DNA from: Eledone cirrhosa
Lineage: Eukaryota
DNA: 64,000 nt
Assembly (NCBI GenBank): GCA_964016885.1
Contig: OZ024764.1
Span: 27,652,001-27,716,000 of the forward strand
Direction: 5' to 3'
The translations under genes were made by a program, and so were the position numbers. Shown piece after piece: positions 23,984 to 37,896 of the stretch (positions within the stretch are counted from its first letter, which is position 1; each line of letters begins with the position of its first letter). The notes beneath the pieces were generated by a model, which saw nothing but the letters and a program-made list of their open reading frames with translations, had not been told where the DNA came from and made no database searches.

Positions 23984-24199
23984 AAGTAATACTGTGATCT
24001 GTCGGCCAACTACATTTTCCAGCCTGAGGCGTTTGGGGGAGTCGGGATACTGACTGCGAGATTCCTATCTTCACTGGCGGCTAGCCTGACGAAGGTGACT
24101 GGTGAAGCTCGTGAGGGCACTTGGTTGTTCCAGCTCCTCAGCCTCGCCATCGCCCGAGGTAACGCTGCAGACGTGCTGGCTTGCCTAAAAAATCATTAG
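23984..24199 (+). pseudogene. CRE-clade REL-endonuclease C-terminal fragment, type 3 (copies 30979, 52823); not in the ORF track
   Basis: K*YCDLSANYIFQPEAFGGVGILTARFLSSLAASLTKVTGEAREGTWLFQLLSLAIARGNAADVLACLKNH*. Confidence 0.75.
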
Positions 24200-24283
24200 A
24201 GAGGTTTCCCAGTGCTCCTCGCGATACTGTTATCTTTTGCTCTAGTAGCAGCTCGTTTGTCCACCCCTTTCGCCTGCCTTTGG

Positions 24284-24465
24284 TTGTATGTCGTCCTAGA
24301 TGTGTGTATTACCTGCTTGTGTGTTGTATGTGGTCCTAGATGTGTGTATTACCTGCTTATGTGGTCCTAGATGTATGTATTACCTGCTGGTGTGTTGTAT
24401 GTGGTCCCAGATGTGTGCATTACCTGTTTTTGTGTTGTATGTGGTCCCAAATGTGTGTGCTACCC
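24284..24465 (+). repeat. About 40-bp minisatellite (GTTGTATGTGGTCCTAGATGTGTGTATTACCTGCTTGTGT), 4-5 units (copies ~31279, 53123)
   Basis: Read directly. Confidence 0.9.
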
Positions 24466-26372
24466 GCTTCTGTGATTTGTTTTGTTCCTTCTTTCTCTCT
24501 TCCGAGAAACAATCCTGTATTTTTTTAATCTATTCCATGCGTTAAGTAATTAGCAGCAACAACAAACTGATTTTCAGTTGTAAAAAGAATCTTTAAACCT
24601 TCACCATTTACATTAACACATACCATACGTTGTCCCAGCCACAAATAAACAGTAAAAAAAAACTTACTTTGCGGTTAAATTCTTCACAATTAAAAGAAAA
24701 ATATTTCTAACACGTTTCTAGACAACACCAAGTTTACACCTTCAATATCCGGTAAAAGTAAAAACAAATTCTGGAGACATTTAACGAAACGAAACTATGT
24801 AAAGAAAAACGAAAATTAAACGAAGACAAGTAGTAAATTTTAATTTTTATTAAATAAAATACCAGTAATTCACTGCAGTAGATTTAATCAACTTTACTCT
24901 CTCTGCACGAAAGAAGAAAAAAATTCCTGACTTAGTGCTTAATATATAGAGAGGGGGAGAGTTTGGTGTTACTTCATATAGAGAGGGGTATTGGAAGAGA
25001 GTGCCGTGTAGTAGATATAGAGAGGGAGAGAGTGTGTGCTAATTGATATAAAGAGGGGGATTTGCACCCCCCCCCCCCGCCGCCTAGAAAAATTCTGAAA
25101 TGCTTCGACCTCCCTGTACACATATATATATATATAGTATACACACACAGACATATATATGTATATATTATATATATAGTAAATAAATGTGTGTGTGTAT
25201 CAGTGGTCGCCAAACTTTTCTGTTCCACACCCCTCCTCTAAAATATGTTTATGTTCCCCTTTAATATAAAAACAATCCGAGTATTCTGAAAGTATTATTA
25301 CTGTAATATAAAGTAGAAACCCTTTATTTAAACAAAGCTACGATGCAGCGATGATCAAAACAAACTTCTCGTAGGTGCTGCCAAGCGGGGAAAAGTGGAT
25401 GTATAATGATGATGATATATATATATATGCCCCACCCTTGCAAACAGGGAAAAGCAGACGTAAAATGAAAATGATGATATATATATAGATAGATAGATAT
25501 GTATTTATACTTATACGTCATGGTGGCTACAGGTGCCAAGAGGAAGAAGCCGGTCAAATCCTCTGATATTTGTTTATCTTCCTTTCCTTTGTATATATAT
25601 ATATAGTATGTGTGTATGAAGATGTATGACCCCCTAGCAAGCCAAACTACAGTTACTCCCCAACATGGAGAGCAAATTAAAACATTACCTGTTAGAGAGG
25701 AACGTGAAATGAATTGTTAGTGAACTACCGGTGTAACAGTAATTATGTTACCGGTGTAACTATTTCTGTTTACCTTATTTTTAAATGACACTCCTATATT
25801 AGTTTAGTGACCTTTCAATTCAAATAAATTCTTGATGATGATTGAACTCGCATCGGAGTAGCCCAACGCCTTGGCCTCCGCGTGTGTGAGCCACATAAAT
25901 GCTCTCAACGACATAGTGAGAAGAAGCCTGGACGCAGCTGAATTTCCATCTCAACTGGAGCCAGCAGGCCTAGGCCGCGGAGATGGCAAGCACCGCGAGG
26001 GAATCACCCTCTTCCCATTCGAAGGAGGTAGATCCACAAACCCCAGCATCGCTGCCCGTCTCGCAGATGAACATAAAATAAACAAATTCCGGTGTTTGTC
26101 CTGGAGCCTCTTCTAAGCACCAGCCGCCGTCGAGACCCCGGGCCAACTTGGACCCATTACAGCCGAGCTCCTCCGCAACATCGCAGTGTCTGTGGCCCGT
26201 CTGAGGATGGAGTACCACGAGGTTGGATGCCTGTTGCAGCAGGTGTCACTGTCCTTACATATATATACGTAAATGTTCCCTTGACTGCTATTTCTAGCAT
26301 ATATTAATAGACACTTTAGAAACAGCAGCTAAAAATCAAGAAACAACAGTGTGTGTCTGTATATATATACAC

Positions 26373-26512
<140 letters not shown>

Positions 26513-26590
26513 CAGCCAAAGACACGCACACACGCACATACACACAGGTGTATGTCTGCGTGTATGTATATATATGTGTGTGTCTTTTCG

Positions 26591-26631
<41 letters not shown>

Positions 26632-27351
26632 TATATCAGTGATCCCCCTCGCAACCTTTAATTAAACAAACCTGCGATGAGGCGATGATCAAAATAAACA
26701 CCAAAGTATAAACAAACAGCCCATAGGTGCTGCCGGATACACGATAACATGTGTAGACGAAGTAAAACTTTTATTACTGTAATATAAAGTAGAAACCCTT
26801 TATTTAAACAAAGCTGCGTAGCAGCGATGATCAAAACAAACTTCAAAGTGTAAACAAACCTCTCGTAGGTGCGGCCAGATACACGCTAACATGTGTATAC
26901 GAAGTGTAACAGGGAGTTGGGTCGTATTATATCACTTTCAAATTGACCCCTATTATATTCAAATTATCCCCTGTGGGGCGTGCACCCCACGTTGAGAATC
27001 CCTCATAAATAAATATATGTGAGTGTGTTGCTATGACTGCTATTTCTAGCAGGTTTACTGCAGTCCTGTAGACGCACAACAAAAACCGGAAGTGGCAGCC
27101 ATTAAAAAACTTTGGCTTAAAATCAGGCAAAAGTTTTTTAACAATTTGCCAAGAAAGATAACTCTTGTCTGACTTAATCGCAAAAATCGAGGCAAAAATT
27201 TTGCGGCTGTGCAGTTTGTTTGGTGTATTTGACTGCTATTTCTAGCATGTATGGACGTATGTACGGTATAGGTGTATTTATATTTAGGATAGTTATCAAA
27301 GGTAAATAGACTGGTTGGAGTAATAACAGTCTTGTTTATGTATATACACAC

Positions 27352-27384
<33 letters not shown>

Positions 27385-27489
27385 TGTTTGTTCTTGTATT
27401 TCTATAGAAAAGGTAAAGAAAAGAAGAATGCTCTATGTATTGTACAGAGCTATTTAATTACATAATAAACAACAGAATATAATTATTCC

Positions 27490-30325
27490 ATGCAAATAGA
27501 CTTAGAATGGAAAACATTCAGACAGAGAAGAATGGATAATGAGCGTCATAAGAGAAATTGGCCAACAATTAATATTAATGGAAATCTAGAAGAATTTCAT
27601 ATTAGTGATATGAATGTTTCGTGTGATCACTGTGAAGCTTTGAAATTTAGAAATGAAAATTGTAACTGTTGTAATAAAGGAAAGGTTGTGTTGCCTCCAT
27701 TGCAAATATACCCCGAGAGACTGAGAAATCTCTTTGAAAGAGGCCAGGAAGCAGTTGATTTCACAGAAACATCTGCAATTAAAACTACATTTATTTCACT
27801 TCATTTGGTGTTACCACCCGGCAGAGGCCCGTATAGCTTTCATATTCAGGGTCAAACATATCAATATACCCCCATCTCTGTAACCTGCAGAAAATACACC
27901 ACAATATGGCCAGTTATATATTATTGATGGGAACGAAGGTGTGTAGCACAGATTGGAAGTACGACCAAATAATTGTTTCTGGCACAAGGCCAGCAATTAC
28001 TGGTACTTTATTCTATCGACCTCATAAGGATGAAAACAAAGTCAACCTTGGAGGGATTTGAACCCAGAACGTAAAGGGCCATAACCCTATGCTGCAAAGC
28101 ATGGTGTCTGACGCTCTACCGATACTGCCAATCCACCGCCCTAGTACCAACAAATAATGACTGCTCACCACAAAAAATGGCTATGATAAGAGAGGTGTTG
28201 CATGAATGTTATCCATATGTCGAAGTGTACAATACAATGCATGGCATCAAACAGCAAAGTGCAAGAAGAGAAAATTGTCGTGTACAGAACTGTGAATTAA
28301 GATTTAGAAGAGGATCAGATATGAGCTGCTATAATTTACCAACTAGTAATGATAGCTGTTGTTTTGTGGGGTTTGAGGGCAGACCACCTGTACAAAGAGA
28401 TATTATCATCTTTCCTAAAGACCATCCTCCTCAGAAAATATCACATAATTCATGCCACTTGGACCTCATGACTGACCCATAATGGTGAATTTTGGTGGCA
28501 TAGTGACATGGAGAGGAATGCAGGACCTGTGTTTGCAATAGACTGACAATGCAGGAGTATTACATATACAGTATAGCATATAGAGGAGGATTTAGTGTGA
28601 TATATAGGGCAGGTAAATTATTTTAGCAGTATTTAGTGGATGCCTATATGAAAGTAGAGGGATGCAGGCTTCTATATTTGAGGAACAATCAAGCCCAATT
28701 GTGAGTGGATGAGTATAATGGTTTAATGAATTATCTAAACAGATGATAACACTGAGCCTTAAAAAATGAAGACAAGATAAGAAACAGAGAAGACATTGAC
28801 AGAATCGTGTCAGCAGAAATACCTGCATTGGAAGATGATCCAGTACTACATGAGCAGGTTTAAAAGTTTATGATCCACAGGCCATGTGGTTCTGGAAACC
28901 CTTTTCCCCCATTTATACAAAATGGATTTTTCCAAAAGAACTATCCAAAAACCTACAGAAGGGAAACATTATTGAACCTAAATGGATACCCAGAGTACAG
29001 GAGGTGCAAGACAGGAACTGCAGTGTAAATTGGATGACATTCAGTAGATAACAGGAATGTTGTGCCATTTAATGCCTTTTTGATTAAGAAATATTGTGCA
29101 CATATTAATGTTGAAGTTTGCGCTTCTGTAAAAAGTGTCAAGTACCTCTTTAAATATGTTACATGGGGCATGATTGTACATCTATAGAAGTAACGAATAA
29201 TGCATTACCTAATGAGGCTCAGAACCAACACAACCATGATGAAATAAGAACCTATCTTTGTTGCAGGTATGTGTCTCAGCCAGAAGCAGTGTCGTGTCTC
29301 TCGGAATTTAAGCTTCATGGTACATCACATACAGTATACAGCCTAGTCACACACCTGGAGAACAAACAGAGTTTACTTTCAAAGAGGCAATGCTCAGGTT
29401 GTGGTAGAAATGCAGGGACCCTTGCTGCCTGGTTCAAGCTAAAAGAACTTGCTTACACCTTCTGGGATGCCGCCTCACAAACTCCAATTATAAGCAGGAT
29501 CAATAATAATGCTTCTATGGAATATTTCAATCCAGAACAGATTATGTAATGGCACAAGATTAGAAGTAGTAGAACTGCATAAACATTTTATCAAAGCTTC
29601 TCATATCTATGGTCCTTTGATGGGCAGGTGTGTTTTGATCCCAAGACTGAAGTTATCCCCCAGTGGTGCCAACATCCCTTTTACTTTGGAAAGACCCCAG
29701 TTTCCATTAAGACTGTCATATGCCATGACAATCAACAAGAACCATGGTCAAATACATGATAAAGTGGGTCTGTTCCTCCCTGAGCAAGTATTTAACCCTG
29801 GACAATTGTATGTTGCTTTTTCAAGAGTTCACAGACAGATGTAAAAATTAATCCTAGCAAACCCCCACCACTCCTACAACTGTTAGCTGTTAGCCCACCC
29901 CAGCACCACCCAACCTCCGTTCTAGTCCCACCGTTAGAACCAATGCTGCTTACCCTGCCTCTTTTACTAGTTCACTCCGTCGCTCGAATTTCAAAGCTGG
30001 CCCTCTACACTTGGTCGTTGCCAGCTCACCACCTGGTTGTGCTCTCTGTGTCCGCACTAGCCGGTACCTAAACACAATAAAATGTCACCTGTGCTACCAA
30101 AACTACCACAGGAACTCTGTCGGCATCAGCAAGGCTCAAGCCGAAAGGCTTCAATACTAGACCTGTAATCAGGGCCACTTTACCTCCGACGACCAGCTTT
30201 CTACCGAGTGTGTGTTGATGGAGGGGACATGAGACCAGCAAAGTCCTAGGAGTAGAGACTAGTAAATAATAAACGGTCCTAGCTATGTTAAGAATATATA
30301 TAAGAAAAATGTTCTATACATTTAA
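27490..30325 (+). pseudogene. Helitron remnant, copy 3 (beta; 6995-bp tandem duplicate of copy 2)
   Basis: ORF translations near-identical to copy 2 at a constant offset of 6995. Confidence 0.92.
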
Positions 30326-30415
30326 GAAGACAAGAGAAATAAATATTTACCTCTTTCATGTAGGTAATATAGCGGTGTTATAAAAGTATAATAACTGATG
30401 CAGGTAGTTTGTTTC

Positions 30416-30894
30416 AAACTATAACACATATAACTCTATCAGTGAAGCCCTTTAGTATAGGTCAACTAGGAAACTATAACACATATAACCCTATCAGTGA
30501 AGTCCTTTAGTATAGGTCAACTGGGAAACGATAACACATATAACCCTATCAGTGAAGTCCTTTAGTATAGGTCAACTGGGAAACTATAACACATATAACC
30601 CTATCAGTGAAGTCCTTTAGTATAGGTCAACTGGGAAACTATAACACATATAACCCTATCAGTGAAGCCCTCTGGGAAACTATAACACATATAACTCTAT
30701 CAGTGAAGCCCTTTAGTATAGGTCAACTGGGAAACTATAACACATATAACCCTATCAGTGAAGTCCTTTAGTATAGGTCAACTGGGAAACTATAACACAT
30801 ATAACCCTATCAGTGAAGTCCTTTAGTATAGGTCAACTGGGAAATTATAACACATATAACCCTATCAGTGAAGTCCTTTAGTATAGGTCAACTA
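30416..30894 (+). repeat. 55-bp minisatellite, about 9 units
   Basis: Same layout as 23421-23899, including the short unit. Confidence 0.95.
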
Positions 30895-33365
30895 ACAGAA
30901 GTATTAAGGTGGGCTCGATTGTGGCCCGCGGGCCGCCTGTTGCACGCCCCTCCTTTAGACAGAATATCTATCACAGTTAAGTAATACTGTGATCTGTCGG
31001 CCAACTACATTTTCCAGCCTGAGGCGTTTGGGGGAGTCGGGATACTGACTGCGAGATTCCTATCTTCACTGGCGGCTAGCCTGACGAAGGTGACTGGTGA
31101 AGCTCGTGAGGGCACTTGGTTGTTCCAGCTCCTCAGCCTCGCCATCGCCCGAGGTAACGCTGCAGACGTGCTGGCTTGCCTAAAAAATCATTAGAGAGGT
31201 TTCCCAGTGCTCCTCGCGATACTGTTATCTTTTGCTCTAGTAGCAGCTCGTTTGTCCACCCCTTTCGCCTGCCTTTGGTTGTATGTCGTCCTAGATGTGT
31301 GTATTACCTGCTTGTGTGTTGTATGTGGTCCTAGATGTGTGTATTACCTGCTTATGTGGTCCTAGATGTATGTATTACCTGCTGGTGTGTTGTATGTGGT
31401 CCCAGATGTGTGCATTACCTGTTTTTGTGTTGTATGTGGTCCCAAATGTGTGTGCTACCCGCTTCTGTGATTTGTTTTGTTCCTTCTTTCTCTCTTCCGA
31501 GAAACAATCCTGTATTTTTTTAATCTATTCCATGCGTTAAGTAATTAGCAGCAACAACAAACTGATTTTCAGTTGTAAAAAGAATCTTTAAACCTTCACC
31601 ATTTACATTAACACATACCATACGTTGTCCCAGCCACAAATAAACAGTAAAAAAAAACTTACTTTGCGGTTAAATTCTTCACAATTAAAAGAAAAATATT
31701 TCTAACACGTTTCTAGACAACACCAAGTTTACACCTTCAATATCCGGTAAAAGTAAAAACAAATTCTGGAGACATTTAACGAAACGAAACTATGTAAAGA
31801 AAAACGAAAATTAAACGAAGACAAGTAGTAAATTTTAATTTTTATTAAATAAAATACCAGTAATTCACTGCAGTAGATTTAATCAACTTTACTCTCTCTG
31901 CACGAAAGAAGAAAAAAATTCCTGACTTAGTGCTTAATATATAGAGAGGGGGAGAGTTTGGTGTTACTTCATATAGAGAGGGGTATTGGAAGAGAGTGCC
32001 GTGTAGTAGATATAGAGAGGGAGAGAGTGTGTGCTAATTGATATAAAGAGGGGGATTTGCACCCCCCCCCCGCCGCCTAGAAAAATTCTGAAATGCTTCG
32101 ACCTCCCTGTACATATATATATATATATAGTATACACACACAGACATATATATGTATATATTATATATATAGTAAATAAATGTGTGTGTGTATCAGTGGT
32201 CGCCAAACTTTTCTGTTCCACACCCCTCCTCTAAAATATGTTTATGTTCCCCTTTAATATAAAAACAATCCGAGTATTCTGAAAGTATTATTACTGTAAT
32301 ATAAAGTAGAAACCCTTTATTTAAACAAAGCTACGATGCAGCGATGATCAAAACAAACTTCTCGTAGGTGCTGCCAAGCGGGGAAAAGTGGATGTATAAT
32401 GATGATGATATATATATATATGCCCCACCCTTGCAAACAGGGAAAAGCAGACGTAAAATGAAAATGATGATATATATATAGATAGATAGATATGTATTTA
32501 TACTTATACGTCATGGTGGCTACAGGTGCCAAGAGGAAGAAGCCGGTCAAATCCTCTGATATTTGTTTATCTTCCTTTCCTTTGTATATATATATATAGT
32601 ATGTGTGTATGAAGATGTATGACCCCCTAGCAAGCCAAACTACAGTTACTCCCCAACATGGAGAGCAAATTAAAACATTACCTGTTAGAGAGGAACGTGA
32701 AATGAATTGTTAGTGAACTACCGGTGTAACAGTAATTATGTTACCGGTGTAACTATTTCTGTTTACCTTATTTTTAAATGACACTCCTATATTAGTTTAG
32801 TGACCTTTCAATTCAAATAAATTCTTGATGATGATTGAACTCGCATCGGAGTAGCCCAACGCCTTGGCCTCCGCGTGTGTGAGCCACATAAATGCTCTCA
32901 ACGACATAGTGAGAAGAAGCCTGGACGCAGCTGAATTTCCATCTCAACTGGAGCCAGCAGGCCTAGGCCGCGGAGATGGCAAGCACCGCGAGGGAATCAC
33001 CCTCTTCCCATTCGAAGGAGGTAGATCCACAAACCCCAGCATCGCTGCCCGTCTCGCAGATGAACATAAAATAAACAAATTCCGGTGTTTGTCCTGGAGC
33101 CTCTTCTAAGCACCAGCCGCCGTCGAGACCCCGGGCCAACTTGGACCCATTACAGCCGAGCTCCTCCGCAACATCGCAGTGTCTGTGGCCCGTCTGAGGA
33201 TGGAGTACCACGAGGTTGGATGCCTGTTGCAGCAGGTGTCACTGTCCTTACATATATATACGTAAATGTTCCCTTGACTGCTATTTCTAGCATATATTAA
33301 TAGACACTTTAGAAACAGCAGCTAAAAATCAAGAAACAACAGTGTGTGTCTGTATATATATACAC

Positions 33366-33507
<142 letters not shown>

Positions 33508-33592
33508 CAGCCAAAGACACGCACACACGCACATACACATACACACAGGTGTATGTCTGCGTGTATGTATATATATGTGTGTGTCTTTTCGT

Positions 33593-33631
<39 letters not shown>

Positions 33632-33769
33632 TTATATCAGTGATCCCCCTCGCAACCTTTAATTAAACAAACCTGCGATGAGGCGATGATCAAAATAAAC
33701 ACCAAAGTATAAACAAACAGCCCATAGGTGCTGCCGGATACACGATAACATGTGTAGACGAAGTAAAAC

Positions 33770-34707
33770 TTTTATTACTGTAATATAAAGTAGAAACCCT
33801 ATATTTAAACAAAGCTGCGATGCAGCGATGATCAAAACAAACTTCAAATAACATGTGTATACGAAGTGTATCTGGAAGCTTGGTCGTATTATATGACTCT
33901 CAAATTGACCCCTATTATATTCAAATTATCCCCTGTGGGGCGTGCACCCCACGTTGAGAATCCCTCATAAATAAAAATATGTGAGTGTGTTGCTATGACT
34001 GCTATTTCTAGCAGGTTTACTGCAGTCCTGTAGACGCACAACAAAAACCGGAAGTGGCAGCCATTAAAAAACTTTGGCTTAAAATCAGCCAAAAGATTTT
34101 CAATAATAGTAAAATTTTATTTTTGACAAGGACGATAACTTTTGTCTTACTTAATCGCAAAAATCGAGGCAAAAATTTTGCGGGTGTGCAGTTTACACGC
34201 TAAAATAAACCTGCTAGAAATAGCAGTCATAGCAACTCACATATATTTATATATCATATATATATATATATATATATATATCAGCCAAACACACACACTT
34301 ATATATGTACGTGTGTGTGTGTTGACCGCTATATATATATATAGCAGCCAAACACATACACAGACACACATATATATATATATACATGTGTGTGTATATG
34401 TGTGTGTTTGTGTGTGTGTCCTCCTCTCGTCTATGGCTGTTATTTTTACATTGTCCTTTTTGTTATTTTTCTCGGGATTTGCCCGGATTCGAACATGCGA
34501 CCACCTATTTACAATATAGAATCTTTACAGCTTTACTGACTTTTAAGTAATCCAAGTTGTAACCCCGGATTTAGTAGTGTTTAATTTATTTTGAAGTATT
34601 TTATTATTGGCCTTAGTTAGACGATCGTCCAAGACCATGCTGGGGCATATATATATATATGTATATATATGTGTGTGTGTGTGTGTATGCTGGGGCATAT
34701 ATATATA

Positions 34708-34781
<74 letters not shown>

Positions 34782-35430
34782 CTAGGGCATATATATATAT
34801 GTGTGTGTGTGTATATATATATATATGTGTGTGTGTCCTTTCTGTTATTCGCTGCTATTTCTAAAGTGTCAATATATATATCATATATATATATATATGA
34901 TATATAAATATATGTAAGTGAGTTGCTATGACTGCTATTTCTAGCAGGTTTATTTTTAGCGTGTAAACTGCACACCCTCAAAATTTTTGCCTCGATTTTT
35001 GCGATTAAGTAAGACAAAAGTTATCGTCCTTGTCAAAAATAAAATTTTACTATTATTGAAAATCTTTTGGCTGATTTTAAGCCAAAGTTTTTTAATGGCT
35101 GCCACTTCCGGTTTTTGTTGTGCGTCTACAGGACTGCAGTAAACCTGCTAGGAATAGCAGTCATAGCAACACACTCACATATATTTATTTATGAGGGATT
35201 CTCAACGTGCGGTGCACGCCCCACAGCGGATAATTTGAATATAATAGGGGTCAATTTGAAAGTGATATAATACGACCCAACTCCCTGTTACACTTCGTAT
35301 ACACATGTTATCGTGTATCTGGCAGCACCTGCGAGAAGTTTATTTACATTTTGGGGTTTGCTTTGATGATCGCTGCATCGCAGCTTTGTTTAAATAAAGG
35401 GTTTCTACTTTATATTACAGTAATAACACT
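33770..35430. repeat. Long inverted repeat: ~500-bp arms, ~600-bp microsatellite-rich spacer
   Basis: Mirror ORFs 33889..34092(-) / 35067..35270(+) and 34142(+) / 35017(-) share coordinate sum 69159 (centre ~34580). Confidence 0.9.
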
Positions 35431-36094
35431 TTTACAAGACTCGGATTGTTTTTATATTAAAGGGGACATGTTTTTTAAACTCTGAACTCAGCATCTTTCT
35501 GTTGTTCTCCGGGATTCTAGCAAAGTATAAAAATATATATATATATATAGCTGGCAGTCAACCTCAGACTCGAAAAAGCCGCCGCTAATCGTGATCGTTG
35601 GGGTTATAATTAGACTAAAAGTGCTTCCACTGGGCACCATTAGCTGATTGTGATCATTGGAGAATTCTTTCTGCGCTGAAAGAGCCTAGGACTAAAAGAT
35701 ATATATATAGATGTCGAAACGGCAGTAGCACAGCCGTTGGGGTCCTGAATATTTTCACATCTATATATGTGTGTGTATTCTGCGACATTTATAATTACAT
35801 AAGCAAGCATATTTGAATAACAAAATTTGAGGTTTAAATACTTTATTTTTTACCAATAACATAGAGAAAGGCATGAACAACACCACATGTTAATTACTTT
35901 AATATTGAAAGTAGGGTTATAAAGATTAAAAAAGCAGATTTTTTAATCTTTCATGGTGGTCTGGTGGGTGATACCAGAGATGGTGGTAGTCCTGGTTTCG
36001 GTTTCAATCCCGGTCATGGGTTACATATAAGGTCTCATTTTTTTTTTCTTTCTTTCAGTTTTCTTCTTATCTCTAGATATAAATATATATACAT

Positions 36095-36205
36095 AAGGTA
36101 ATTTGGTAGAATTGTTAGAACATCAGATAGAATTCTTTGCAGTATTTTTCCAGTTCTTTACTCTGAGTTCAACTTTACCTTTCTTCCATTCGGTGTCGAT
36201 AAGTC
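36095..36205 (+). mobile_element. Decayed Octopus-type SINE (copies ~38689, 57908, 60413)
   Basis: GGTAATTTGGTAGAATTGTTAGAAC...TCTGAGTTCAACTTTACCTTTCTTCCATTCGGTGTCGATAAG is collinear with the SINE inside the Helitron. Confidence 0.6.
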
Positions 36206-37624
36206 TTGAATATGTCTAACGTAGCAATAATTGGAGCTACTTAACCAAGTTTTCCCAACCTAGTCGATGTCACCTACTGGTTGGCGATTTAAACTGTTGG
36301 CTGGGACAATGACCAACTAATCAGTCAGATTCGAACTCACTATGTCTGGCATATATTTTATATTTTATATTTGAATGAAGTTCTGTAAGTAACCTGGTGG
36401 CTTAGATGGCAATACTGCTCGAATAGATGGCTTCTATTATGAAGTTATAAGTTCATTCCCTATCCAGGATTGTAGAATTAATTTTATTTAGTTATTATTT
36501 AATCAATTGTTTTAACAAACAAATTATATCTATAAAACGCCAAATATAGTGAGTTCAAATCTGACTGACATGCATGGTATATATTTATGTTTCATTATAC
36601 AACGACACAATACACAGGAACTTATAAAGATATGTATATATTGTCCAGGAGTTTCGAGTTTAGTGGGAATTGGTACAACTCTCAATTGGAGCTAGTTCCT
36701 GCAAGATCGGCATAAATAATGTTATACCTTTTCATGAAATCTTGCACACCCGATGTTTTATACATGATTATTTAAAGGTGAACAAAAACCAAAGAACATT
36801 GTGCAGCATTTCTCAACCTTTCTACCCATGTCGATCTCTTGAAATAGTTTTTATGTCTCAGGGAAGCCCTGCATAAAATATACTTTTTCTATCTCTAGAG
36901 CAGTGGTTCCCAAATCGTGTGCTGCGAGATGAAACAAGATGAGCTGCAAAAGACTAAGATTAAGTTTTAAGATGTGAAAAATATAAAACTGAAATTTCAT
37001 ATAAAAGTTCAAATATAGCTACAGCCACAAACCTAGGCTCCACACCCCGCAATGCAAAGGATAGTAAGATAGTACCAAGGCCTGACTCACCTCTTCCACT
37101 CCATTGAGACCTCTGCCATACTTGGTCCCTGTACTGCTGATTTCCTCCATAAAGTCGGGAGGAAAGACGACAGGAGCCTCATGAGGAGGGGCGACTATTG
37201 TAGCAGGTGTCTCTGGCCTTGCTCCGAGGTAACGCTTTTACGTTTCTTCCACAGGTTGCGGCTGAGGGACCACTTAGACTGGGGTGAAGTGTCTGTCCCT
37301 CCCCCGACTTCTTACTTCTTTTTTTTTCTCATTTTCATTTTCTTTTCTCTTCTTGCTTATCTCTGCTATACCACGGCATCAAAAACATATATGATATGTG
37401 TATGTATGGTATAGGTGTATTTATATTTAGGATAGTTATCAAAGGTAAATAGACTGGTTGAAGCAATAACAGTCTTGTTTATGTATATACACACATATAT
37501 ATATATATATATATATATCTGTTTGTTCTTGTATTTCCATAGAAAAGGTAAAGAAAAGAAGAATGCTCTATGTATTGTACAGAGCTATTTAATTACATAA
37601 TAAACAACAAAATATAATTATTCC

Positions 37625-37877
37625 ATGCAAATAGACTTAGACTGGAAAACATTCAGACAGAGAAGAATGGATAATGAGCGTCGTAAGAGAAATTGGCCAA
37701 CAATTAATATTAATGGAAATGTAGAAGGATTTCATATTAGTGATATGAATGTTTCGTGTGATCACTGTGGAGCTTTGAAATTTAGAAATGAAAATTGTAA
37801 CTGTTGTAATAAAGGAAAGGTTGTGTTGCCACCATTGCAAATATACCCTGAGAGACTGAGAAATCTCTTTGAAAGAG
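37625..37877 (+). pseudogene. Helitron 5' fragment, copy 4, truncated by a fold-back hairpin
   Basis: MQIDL...CDHCGALKF..CCNKGKVVLPPLQIYPERLRNLFER, then switches to its own reverse complement. Confidence 0.9.
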
Positions 37878-37896
37878 ATTTCTCAGTCTCTCAGGG

